This document shows, piece by piece, positions 40,750-52,900 of a DNA stretch of 64,000 nt. Position 1 is the first letter of the stretch, and every line of letters starts with the position of its first letter. This DNA comes from Azolla caroliniana. Its lineage: Eukaryota; Plantae; Polypodiophyta. A program made the position numbers and the translations under genes. The DNA is taken from NCBI GenBank assembly GCA_043228905.1, contig JBHGNT010000018.1:1488001-1552000 (forward strand), written 5' to 3'. The notes beneath the pieces are model-generated. The model ran no database searches. It saw nothing but the letters and a program-made list of their open reading frames with translations, and was not told the origin of the DNA.

Positions 40750-43050
40750 TTACGAACTCATATAGGAACTAGAGGAACTACTATTCCAAGTAAGTGCATT
40801 TGAGGTAGATTCTAAGGTGTGCGTTGGACCATGGTTCAATATCGGTCGATCAGGACGTGAAGTGGGCAATGGTAGGAGGCGACCTTCTATAAGAATGTGT
40901 CGGACATCTCTCATGGTCAGCCGACACTCCACATCCGGGTGGCAACAACTTAGTGCCACATGAATGATCCCTCTCCACATCATCATCACCTTCTCAAACT
41001 CATCATGTATGCCATGGGCATCACATTGCAAAATGCTAGGGTCAAGTGAATCCATGAGATTGTCATTCATATGAAGTGTCCACACCCAATCCAACAAGTT
41101 CACCTCTTCGGGGCTGAGGCTGAAATCAAGAACACGCCTACCACATGCAACCTCGAGAGCAAGGATGCCGAAACTGTACACATCGGCTTTCTCCGTTGCT
41201 CGCCCCGTGTAGACTAGCTCGGGTGCCATGTATCCCATGGTGCCCGCGGCTGTCGTGGTCGCCCATATCTTCTCATGCGACACTAGCCTCGCGAGACCAA
41301 AGTCCCCGAGCATTGGTTCCCAGTCTTTGTTCAACAAAACATTAGCTGCCTTCACATCTCTATGGATCACACAACCACCTAGACCTTCGTGTAGATATTC
41401 CAATGCGGTCGCCACGCCCACCAGTATCTTCCGTCTCCACTCGCTAGTTAGCACTACGGCCCCTCCCTCCATCCCATCCTTCGTGAAAAGTAGCCTCTCG
41501 AGGCTACCATTGTCCGCATACTCGTACACCAACAATGCCTTCCCTTTCTCGTAGCACCAACCTCTCAACCGCAACAAATTGCGATGCCGAATGCTGCTTA
41601 TAATGCTCACCTCCGATGCAAAAGACGCTTCCCCGCCTTCTTTCACATTCTCTTTCAGTTTCTTGATGGCCACTACCTGCCGAGATGTCGGACATTCATC
41701 ATTGGGCAATATACCCTTGTAGACCTTACTGTACCCACCTTCTCCAAGCAGCATTTTGTCACTGAAGTTGTGGGTGGCCCTCTTCAACATATTGTAGCTA
41801 AATTGTTGGATGCCCGCCCTGGCTGCCGTATGTGCGGCATATAGTTCAGATTTCTTCGGCCGCGATATGCAGTGCAATGCTCCACAGCCATTCCTGTAGA
41901 CAATGATGGTAAATCCCATAATGACCATAAGGAAAAGAAGTGAAAAGGAGATGCCCAAAATTAACCCAAAATTCCAGGCTTTTTTGGGGACCTGTGGATG
42001 TGGATACATGTTAGGATTGTAGGACAGAGAATCACTAGAAGAATCGTTGGTCTCATAAGATGGCGAGTGGCTCGGAGAAATGTCGATGAACTCAACCTCA
42101 TCGAAGGTCGAGAAGTCCCATGAGTAGATAGCATAGCCAGAGGGCAGCTTATCATTTGCAATATCGGTAGATCCACTTGATGCCGTGATGCCCACCCACA
42201 TGGATGTGTCATTAAACACACTAGGATCAATGGAAGCTTGCAATATGAGGGATTCACTCGTGCGGTTGAGCGAATTATCATAGATAGACATGTTCCCATA
42301 GTTCATCAACCAAACCTGGACAAGGTTTGTGGAGGCATTGAATTCGATCCACGCTTGAAATGTGAAATTTCGATGGAAAGAGAGCGGATTGTTGTCGCCG
42401 GAGGTATCCATTGTTTGGATAGATTGCAAGCTATTGATGTCAATTCCGACATGGCTAGAGCTCGGGTCGTCAAATTGGGATGATTGCGCAATATCAAACT
42501 CGACTGCGAAAAAGTTGTGACCAGGGAAGGAGGTATGTTGGATGAAGGTGTCATTGGAGAGGCCAAGGTAGCCACCAGCACTGGCATGTGGGAATGCCTT
42601 GTCTTGTGCAATGAAGAAGGCCATGCCTTCTCCACTCAGATTGCATTGGGTGATTATCTGGAAGGAGAAGGATGTGTTAAAAGAGACAATGGCGCCCCTA
42701 TCGGTGAAGAATTTTACGGATTCTTTAGAGACAATACGGCCGACACTTCGATTGTGATTACTGGTTTGGCTGGGGTCTGGGATGAGCCACACGACATTGG
42801 TTTGCTCGCTTGTAGAATACGCCGAGCCACTGGGCACAACGACTGCTGTTGTTCCAGAATATGCCTCACCACTGGGCACAACTGAGATGTCGAACATAGA
42901 GAAGAAATCGGCCGATCTTGGACCAAAGGAGAGGTTGTAAGGCATGGCCATGGTCAAATGTGTCGACGACGATCCGAGAAAGCAAATGTCGAAGAGGATG
43001 ATGGCCGACTCGGGCAAAGCGGTCTGCAGTAGCCATACTAACCCAGCCAT
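40750..43050 (-). CDS. L-type (legume) lectin receptor-like kinase, intronless
   Basis: Hydrophobic N-terminus, lectin motifs (SFNTSFSF, GEGMAF, AVEFD, HVGIDIN, WIEF, YSWDF), a TM helix, and kinase motifs (GEGGYSKVY, AIKK, HRDVKAANVLL, DFGLA, GYMAPE). The start codon is uncertain because the ORF is open to 43194. Confidence 0.92.
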   Translation of the reverse strand: MAGLVWLLQTALPESAIILFDICFLGSSSTHLTMAMPYNLSFGPRSADFFSMFDISVVPSGEAYSGTTAVVVPSGSAYSTSEQTNVVWLIPDPSQTSNHNRSVGRIVSKESVKFFTDRGAIVSFNTSFSFQIITQCNLSGEGMAFFIAQDKAFPHASAGGYLGLSNDTFIQHTSFPGHNFFAVEFDIAQSSQFDDPSSSHVGIDINSLQSIQTMDTSGDNNPLSFHRNFTFQAWIEFNASTNLVQVWLMNYGNMSIYDNSLNRTSESLILQASIDPSVFNDTSMWVGITASSGSTDIANDKLPSGYAIYSWDFSTFDEVEFIDISPSHSPSYETNDSSSDSLSYNPNMYPHPQVPKKAWNFGLILGISFSLLFLMVIMGFTIIVYRNGCGALHCISRPKKSELYAAHTAARAGIQQFSYNMLKRATHNFSDKMLLGEGGYSKVYKGILPNDECPTSRQVVAIKKLKENVKEGGEASFASEVSIISSIRHRNLLRLRGWCYEKGKALLVYEYADNGSLERLLFTKDGMEGGAVVLTSEWRRKILVGVATALEYLHEGLGGCVIHRDVKAANVLLNKDWEPMLGDFGLARLVSHEKIWATTTAAGTMGYMAPELVYTGRATEKADVYSFGILALEVACGRRVLDFSLSPEEVNLLDWVWTLHMNDNLMDSLDPSILQCDAHGIHDEFEKVMMMWRGIIHVALSCCHPDVECRLTMRDVRHILIEGRLLPLPTSRPDRPILNHGPTHTLESTSNALTWNSSSSSSYMSS

Positions 43051-43167
43051 ATTACCAATCTTGGATTGCATTCTCCTTGGCATTGATGATGTAGAGGGCA
43101 GTCTCACCATGATGAAATGCCAATCCAAGTCTTTTGTTGTGGCACTAGGATGAAGAAGAAGAAGAAG

Positions 43168-43545
43168 TTGATACGATCGAAATAGGTCTGACACCGTTAA
43201 CCTTTCTATGCATCAAAACTTCGGGTTTCAAACCTCGCTCGAATTCAATGCCTCCACAAACCTTGGCCTTCCCAAAGGCACCTTCATTCTATATAGCTCC
43301 TCTCATGGTCATATTGGATCCACATAAATAGATTGAAATCAGTTGATACGATCGAAATAGGTCTGACACCGTTAACCTTTCTATGCATCAAAACTTTGGG
43401 TTTCAAACCTCGCTCGAATTCAATGCCTCCACAAACATGGTCCAAGTTTGGTTTGTGAACCCATTATGCAATTTCTCTTGATCACACACATGAATCCCCA
43501 AACTTGCAAGCTTTAATCAATCCTAGTGTCTTTAATTACACATCC
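43168..43545 (+). pseudogene. Inverted, partly duplicated fragment of the LecRK lectin domain
   Basis: 43400-43545 matches the reverse complement of 42200-42360. 43168-43262 is repeated at 43341-43436. Confidence 0.8.
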
Positions 43546-44069
43546 CTCCTATCCTATCCTATCTTGTCTTGATGTTCAACAAATGCTTTAGTTAAAACAC
43601 CCATACTCAACAAACGCTTGTAGTTAAAGATTCATGAAGAGACACATTGCTATATAGTATAAACTTGTAACTCTACGTATTCAGCTTGAAAATGACCATT
43701 TTTAAAAAGCCTTGACCAAAACAAAAAGTTTATAAACTTGTAGAGAAACTAGAGGACCTATCCCCACCAAGAGGATTTTATGTTCACACACTCTAGGATG
43801 TTAGGGTTTTCCATCATTGATCTAGTGAGATTACACAAATTCGAACATGAGACTAGTGGAATTGCATTCCATTTTATGAGAACATGTCAATATTATTTCC
43901 TTTGTTGTTTTGTATAACTTATGTAATCAATGGTATATTGTATGTATCATGATATATTGTGCAAACAAGTAGAAATGTGGTAATATACATATACAAACAA
44001 TGACACAATGTTGTTATGAAGAAAAAATTGTAGAAAATTCCAATAGCAAAAAGATTATCCAACAATACA

Positions 44070-44290
44070 TTGATTGCCTTGACATATCTTTATGGACCAC
44101 ACATCCCCCTAGACCTTTATGTAGATATTCCAATGTGGTCGCCATGCCCACCAGTATCTTCCGTCTTCAGTTGCTCGTCTGCACTAAGCTCATGGCCTCG
44201 ATCTTATCCTTCACGTAAAGAAGCTTCTCAAGGCTTCCATTGTCAACATACTCGTACACCAAAACCTATCCTTTCTCTAGTCACACACAT
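44070..44290 (-). pseudogene. LecRK kinase-domain paralog fragment
   Basis: Aligns by eye to 41345-41555 (TAGATATTCCAATG.GGTCGCCA.GCCCACCAGTATCTTCCGTC). Confidence 0.8.
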
Positions 44291-44679
44291 CCACCGAAAT
44301 CTATGCTTTCTTTAGTGACAAATCCACCAAAATCTATTCAAATTCGTCATTGTTTCTTTTGTATCAAGGTGTTACTACTGCTTAATTACTTCCATTTTAG
44401 CATTTTTGGTGGCTCGTGTTTTTAGCCATAACTCTTCTATTGTATGTATGTGAATGGGGAGATGGATCATTGGATGCCCAAATGTTATTATTTTTTAACA
44501 CTGTGTGAAAAGGGTCACACACTTCTATGTATTTACATATGTATACTCCCTTTTAATAGCCACACAAAAAAGAACACAATGCCGGCTCTTAGAGCAAAGA
44601 ACAAAATTTTGTGAGACCTATATTTAGCTTCTTTGAGTCCTCCATGATCGCCTCTGTGTATGTCAGTAGAACGTTCACA

Positions 44680-44855
44680 TCTTGGACTTCTAATTTAGAT
44701 TATACTGCATCCTTGGATTGGAGCTTCTCATTTAGATTATACTCCATGCTTGGATTGGAGCTTCTAATTTAGATTCTGGTGGGGTTCCAGAGCTTCTCAT
44801 TTAGATTATACTCCATTCTTGGATTGAAGCTTGTAATTTATACCATACTCCATCT
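44680..44855. repeat. Tandem repeat of about 38 bp
   Basis: TTGGATTGGAGCTTCT(C/A)ATTTAGATTATACTCCAT, 4-5 copies. Confidence 0.75.
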
Positions 44856-46974
44856 TTAATCCATTGATGAGGTCAATTCTACCTCTTCAATCAAAGAAAA
44901 TTAGAATTCTAGTACATGTTTTTTTAAAAGAGCTACTATATGATAGACTCATTTCTTACTTTCTAGGAATTTTTCTTTTTCGCCGTTATTGAACTAATTT
45001 CATTGCAATCATTATGCAATTTATAGACTAGAAGATTAAGGGAATGAGAGAAGAAAGAGAACCCACTAATTTGTAATTACATACAACTTAATCAAATGAA
45101 ATTATGTTATGATTGATAACGTGTTCATGTGATATCATCCATCATTTATCATCATGTACCTATACAACAAAACCGCATTTTAAGATAAATCTATCCACAC
45201 CCAAATATCACATGATGGATAGGAATGCTAACAACCAAATATCGAATATTAGATTTTATTTTAAGAGAATAGATCCACTATGGCTCTCTCCAAGTTGAAT
45301 GCTCACAATGAATAGGTTGATCTTGGCTTGCAATGGAGGTTAATGATCAGATCGGCATTTTTTGGCCACTTTTTTGGCTCATTCAAATACTTGTCATTGA
45401 GGCCTTCAAGTTTATGTTAATTCTTGATGTAGGTTTTTATGTTTGTTTAGTGAGGTGAAATCACTGCTTTTTTATGGAACCTTACCTATGTGTTACCTTT
45501 TATGCAGAACCTTACCTATTCGTGAATGTGCCTATGTCATGTGGCACAAAGGTGGTAAATTTTCTAATGAAAAAACAATGGATTTTTGGCAAGGACTTTT
45601 GGCTGTAGAAGTGAAAGTGAAGAAGTAGAGTCTAGGACTGGGATCATATGGGGAGAAATACAGAAACTTTATGGGCATTTGAAGAAAATACAAGAAAACT
45701 TTATGAGTGTTGGAGCATTTCTGCCAAATCTCACTTTGGAATCCATCTTAAGTCCAATGCCGACAATGTCTTCCAAAGAAGATCATTTGGTGAAGTCTTG
45801 TACAAACCCAAGCTTTTGAAAATCTCTTGAAGTGATTAGACAAAGGATTCATTGTTTCAATGAAAACATCTACCAAATGAAACAGATTCTCTTATATTGT
45901 GTGATCTCCTTTCCAATCATTAAGGAAACTTTTTTTAATGTCCTACTTCTAACTTAGAATGCATTTGAAGTTTGCTAAGAAAAATAATACTATATTGCCT
46001 ACTAATGCCAACCTTTCTTTATATCTCAAAAACGGGGTAGACACACATCTTTTTAAAGATCCGCAAGAGACTAACTATGATGTATGTATGGCACAAGGCC
46101 AAGACTATAGTGAGGATTGAACTTGGGTTACCTCAATTTTATGACATTGAGATGCTACAATAGTGGGAGCCAAAGGATTCATGTTCATTGCATAATGAGA
46201 GTGAGAAATTGAGGAAAATGAAATTCTACGTCCATATTCGCTATTTTGGGTTTCACATGTGTGAATGACTTCATTTTCCAATAGATATTTATATGGAAGG
46301 AGTGGAATTTTCACATCTACATGTCAACAATAAATATGAAGCATCCAAATTACAGATCAAGGGATAGCAATAGGGGTCATATACATAGGCAGCACCTTTT
46401 GAGGATAAAGTGCATGATTCAATCTTGAGTTTTCCAAGGTGGAAAATAATGTTTCTACTTGGAATTAAAATTAAACAGACTTCTTGGTCGCCATAGCATA
46501 CCACCTACTAATTGGCTTCATAGCATGGAGTTTAATTTTAAGAAGAAAAATTAGTATTAATTTCAAAGCTGATAAAGGCTTAATTTACAGTAGTTGCAGA
46601 TCAGTTGGTATACTCCATTATGAATAAATTGAGTTAGATTACCGTGAGTAGTCATGATAGTTTCAAAGAGCCACTTGAGCATTCAAGGATTGCTTCAACC
46701 TCTTGTTGATCTCCAAACCAATCGTGCGCAAAGAAACAACCATTTTGAATGTGAAATCTTGTAAAAGAGCCAAGCATTAGTGCTGTCTTATACCCATTGC
46801 TGAATTTGTGATGTTGGGAACTTAAAATCTACTTCATGGAGGATGACAATAAGACACTCCATTAATAAGTGTATTGGTTCCCAAGTACATGCTTCTCTTT
46901 CTCCAGCTGAGGCTCATATTACTTTAGTGTGATTATACACCAAGGAACGATATAATGGAAAATATATATACACA

Positions 46975-49900
46975 CTACAGAACAGGTAGAGATGATTCGA
47001 CCAAACGGCCTCCAAGTTCCATATTCCAAGCTTTATCTACAAGAGGCGCCAGTTCTCTGCGGCAGAGTATAGTAATTCGTCAAGAATCAGTATTGCAATG
47101 GAGAAAATGATCATTTACTGAATTCCGTTTTTCAAAACCATGGTTTTTTAACAAATTATATTTACTTCAAATCATGGCTCACGATGAGCAATGTTAACTC
47201 TTTCTTTAACCTTCCAAGCATTCTCACAACATCTGCACGAGCTTTCCAATCTAATCATTCAGAAAAAAAGATTTAATGAGAATGTTAGACCAACATTGTG
47301 AATTAAAAAGACAAAAATAATGTAACCATCATTCAATCAAATTCGTAAATATTTGTCTTGTTTCATATTTTCAAATGTGTGAAAGATATTTACCTGGTTA
47401 AACAATATTAAGACTGAATCGAAATTTGAGAAAAAAAAAATCAAAGACATTCAGCAAAATTTGTAATAACTTGTCATGTTTTTATATCAAATGCCTGAAA
47501 ATATTTACCTAACCCAGCAAGTGGCTCATCTAGGAGTAACAATTGGGGTCGGCGCACCTGTAGAGAAGCATCAGAATCATTGTTGAATAACATAAATGGA
47601 GGACGTTGAATACACATTTGTGCAAAAGTTCATATATATACTACATATGAAGATTAAAGAATAATTTTTAAGTTTACTAGGGCTATTTCTGGAACTCATC
47701 TGATGTTATGTGTTGTCAATCAGATATTTACAAGGACATAGTTAGAAAACGTGGACTTCTGAGTGATTAAAAAGGCACTTTCCATTATAAGGAAATTATA
47801 ATGTATGTAACCATTCGAAGATTCTTAAGCATAGTTTATCATTATCGCATCTTCTCTAAATAATCAACAATTAAAGTCAACTATAAAATGTATCCTTTGG
47901 ATTGAAATATTCCAATTCTGAAACAATATTTCATTTGATATCTAAGTACATTTGATGAATTCGACCAAGTAACTTTTGCAAACAGAAAAAAACAGCGAAG
48001 AAACCTGTTAGTATCTTAAAACCACATGCAAGTTTATAAGTGTGATGGAATCTTGGACTTATTCAATGCCAATATTTAACTGCAAGATGGAACATTGTGC
48101 CAACTTTAGCCCATGGTTCCTCATGATGAGAACAAATAATCTATGTGCTGATTTAATCCTCGTAGTATTTGATGGCCTGAAGAATATGGAAATTCAACTT
48201 CTATTATTATTTTATTGCATCATTTTGTTCAATGTTTGATACTCACTCTTTTACAGATGTGAAATTATGGTTCTATTGGATTTAGTTCAACGTGTACATT
48301 AATATCAGGATTCAGAACACTCACAAGTTGAACAGCTAGAGCAAGGCGGCGCTTGTAACCATCGCTTAGAGAACGGGGATTTGCATCCCATGAAATCCCA
48401 TTAAGACCAACCTACAAGAACTTTAAAATCCTCATAAAAACAGCATTTTTTTAAGAAACTCACACAATACCTGAAATCCAAGAACAATCTTGGTAATGGA
48501 GAAAAACAACATAAATTTCAAAATATGAAAGCATCGTACCGCAAAAGAAACCTCATGAAGTCGCAAGAAAAGCTGTTGCATCATGAATGGATCTTGTGAT
48601 CGAGAAGGCAATCCAAATGTCAACTCTGCCAATACAGTATCAGCCACAAAATACCTGTATGCATGGACAATCTCTTTTATGATATCCTAGACCAGACTTA
48701 CCTTCCGACATCAAACGGCGCTACCTAATATTACAAATCAAACCAGTAAACAGATATACATATACAGCAATGTTCAATATGAATTCTCTGTACGCTTAAA
48801 GTAATTCAGGAAAACAATTTCCTTCAAAGGTGTGTTTATTGTGCAAAGTGTTATCGTCCACTGAGACTGTTCTCTTGTTTACCAGCTCCGGTTATACATC
48901 AGTGCCAAAACTCAGTAGCTAAGTTTTGTGTACCTATGGGCCATTATGCTATATTATATAGTATCTTAGGCATAAACAAAGAAATAAAGAGTAGGAAAGT
49001 TAGTCATCAAATCTGAGGTGCATATCTGGAAAAAGAAAGCTGTTTATTAAAAATAGCAGAATCATGGGGCACAAGTTTTAAGCAGTTCTTGTGAACGGTA
49101 ACTTTGCAGGGATCTTTGTTCCTAGCTTCTCAAGTCTTGCTGGCTGATTCTACATAGACACTTTGTAATCTTAGATTTGTTAGTGATACAAAGAAATACC
49201 TACATAGACATCATACTTTGGGAACTATGTGTATAATTGTACTTGTTTTTCTGCAGCTCTTTATTCTTGCTACTGCTCAATATGTACCAATTTGACAAAA
49301 TCTTCACAACTCCAAGAATGACCCATAAATGTATACCAAATAGCCCTCCCTGTTCAACTCTATGTAACATTGTCGCCTTCCAAACATGATACAGTGACTC
49401 TGAGAAGCACCAGTTAGCCAATATCCATTACAAAAATATACACATATATCATCATATAAGCCCAAAGTATGACCACCATGAATCTCTTGGTTGAAGAATG
49501 ATGCTGTTATCATTCAGCCTCTTTTCAAGTAAACCACAAATGATCAAAATGAGTGCATTTCATATATGACAAGCCATCAAAACATCCATTCCAATATCCT
49601 AGATGAATTCTCCAAAATCAGGATCAAGCTATATATTCTCATAAATTAAGGAAAGGTGAAACAAAATCTGCTTCCAGAGTTTCCGCTTCCTGACCTATTG
49701 GTTCTAAATTCAAACCCTATCAGATACATCATAGGTGGAGATGAATGCCTTTATGAAGATAGAGTAGGTCTAGTCTCTACAAGGTTTAAATGAAATGAGC
49801 AAGAAACGCCATGCTGTTGAAAGTATGGCATTTGTTAGACAAATAGGCAATGCAATGCCCTTGCAATGAAAAATGAGTAAAGAACATTGTTTAATAGCTG

Positions 49901-52900
49901 CAATCATACCTCTCAGGAAACTGAAAAACAATGCCAGTGTGTCTTGGGGTCAACCCTTGTTCTCCCTCTTTTTCTCCTTCTTTGTTAATTATAACAGATC
50001 CTTCTGTTGGATTCGCTAGACCGGCAAGAACCTGCAGTAAGATTAGCAATTACTCTCTTTTTCCCAAACAAAAGAGAACCTTCCTGAACTACAACTTTAA
50101 GCAAAGCATGCCTGGAGAAGGGTGGTCTTCCCACTTCCACTTCGTCCAAAAATAAGACCTAAACTGCATCAAATTTGCAGAAACAGAAATTAGACACACA
50201 ATTGAGATACTGTAACCATTCGGTTAAGTGCACACTTGGGGCTTTTTACATGATTTTTTTTCCCCAAAATGTTTTTCTCTGCACATTTTCAGAAAATACA
50301 GCCCCCACATCCACTCTAATCACTCCATGATTATGATTAGACCCACATTGCTACTGTAATCACTCCCACGTTGCTCCCCACGCAGCTGTTCACCACTGAT
50401 GCATAGATCACTGCCAGATTTTGTTGCAATCATGAAGGTTTCTAATGTACTATGTATAAAGCATGTTTTCTGAAAAAATGCATAATTGTATGATTAGACC
50501 CACATTGCTACTGTAATCACTCCCACGTTGCTCCCCACGCAGCTGTTCACCACTGATGCATAGATCACTGCCAGATTTTGTTGCAATCATGAAGGTTTCT
50601 AATGTACTATGTATAAAGCATGTTTTCTGAAAAAATGCATAATTGTAGCAGAAATTTGTCAATATTTGGAAAACATTGTGAAGGTTTCTTTTAAAAAAGT
50701 GATTTGTAACAGAATTTTATGAATGTTTTACAAAAAATTGTGGATGTTTCTATTAAAAATTGATTTGTAATAGAAATTTGTGAAGCTTTTTATAAACATT
50801 TGTGAAGGTTTCTATGAAAGCATTGATTCGTAACATAAATCTCAAAATGTAATAGTAATTCCCAAACACTGCAATTATAAATTGAATAAATTGTTGTTTC
50901 TCTTCAAAGATTGATTTGTAAATCTTTGCCAATGCTTTTTGTAGAAATCATCAGATTTATATGTAAATTGACTCCTCTAACATAAGAAATCATGATTTTT
51001 TTATGATGATCGGGCTTTTTACATGAAATTAGCTCCTCTAACATAAGAAATCGTGATTTTTTTTATGATGATCGAGCTTTTTACATGAAATTAGCTCCTC
51101 TAACATAAGAAATCATGATTTTATTTTTATGATGATCAGGCTTTTTACATGAAATTAGCTCCTCTAACATAAGAAATCAACCTTCTAATAGAGCATTTTG
51201 CTTGTTGTGCATCAGTTGGGTCCTCTAACATACGAAATAAACCTTCTAATAGGGAATTTTGCATGTGCATCTAATTGGATTGCACTTATTTGTGAGGATT
51301 TTTTCCTAGTGCTTTGGCATTCCTAATGAATGGAGGGCTAGAAATAATGTTTGGAACAAAATTTCTATTATGGATGATTTTCTTGTTTGTGAAAGTTTGG
51401 AACATAGTTCCAATTTTGTTTGATGTAATTTTGTCATGAAACAATGTGATTTTCTTGATCTGGATTTTGACCCCTATAAAAAGGGCACTTAATTTAATGG
51501 CACACTGAAGTGGGCACACCGAATGGTTGCTGTAATAACAGGGAGAGGGATTAGATTTTGTTGAAAAAAAAATAGGGTGGCCATAAAGCATCATGTCCAA
51601 AATCAAGCATGTATTCATGATTGTCTCAATACAAAACAGGAGCTGTTATTCGTGCCACATTCAGTCGCAGCTTTTCTTTTGTTGTAAAATGATTACCCAT
51701 AATTTGAGGTAATTTTACAGTACTCTATTCTTTCTCCTTTAAAAGCATTGAATTGAAAGAGAATAATTCGTGAAGGGAGAGGAGGCTATCTTAATCAACA
51801 TACTTCACAAGATTACGTTCTTGCAATTTAATGGGTTATTTTTCATCAAGACTAGTGTAGTCCAATCGACAATTGGATGGTATGCAGCTAGGGAGAATCA
51901 TCAATGCACAACTCAGACAACAATTAGCTTATTAATACCACGGTTATCACCCTATTGGACAAGTCCTGTCATACTTGACACCTTGAATACTTAAATCACC
52001 ATGGTTTCGTAGCAACATGCTCTAGAATCTTGCACTGCAGGCCCCACTTCCACTAGATCCATTTTGAGAAATTGGAATGGATCAAATAGATATTGAATGC
52101 CAACATGAATACATAAATTTTTCCTCGGCTAGGGTTACACCTTGGCTGTTGCACCTGTGATTAATGTGCATCATTTTAAGTTATATTTCAGACATGTTAG
52201 AGAACTTTATTCCTGATTATCTTTTCACTCTCAATCTCAAAGACCTCCACCACTTGCAGATAGAGGGCCAGTGCTTGTCTGTGCACATGTGATGCACACT
52301 CCACGACATCTTTCATAAACTTGACATGAAGAGCACAAGATAGGTGATGGAGTCAATGAAGACAAGAAAAGGAGCTCCTAATGCTGGTTCACAACATGGA
52401 AAATGTTGATTCACATCACCATCATATTTGACATCAACATTGATATTATCCCCATTCACATCATTCACATACCCCATATCATCATCATACTCAACAGAAG
52501 TAATATCATGATAAAGTGATTGATTTATCAAGATCCTATGAGAAAATCTATCTAGCATATAAGTGTTACTTATAGTATTTACATTGCTTCATAAAGTAAA
52601 TGCAATAGGTTCAAAATCGTACATTATGCTTATTTGGAAATCACATTTTGAGAATGGGAGCATGTGCTTGTTTTGGAGGTGGTTTCATACCGTGTTGCCA
52701 CTGTGTTTCATAGGCAACAGGAAAAGCAATATCGGTCCAAATGCTACAACTTCACCGACCAGGCTTCAAATAAGGAAAACTTTATGGCATGAACTACATA
52801 CACATTGTCGAATTTCAAGATCATGGCAATTCTAAACTGCTTTGCAAATCACATTTTGAAAATGGGATCATGTGCTTGTTTTGGAGGTCGTTTCACATTG

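Noticed and set aside
46105-46800. Possible degenerate gene fragment downstream of ABCI11
   Set aside because: Only a vague protein-like appearance, with stops present and no motif I can support without a search.
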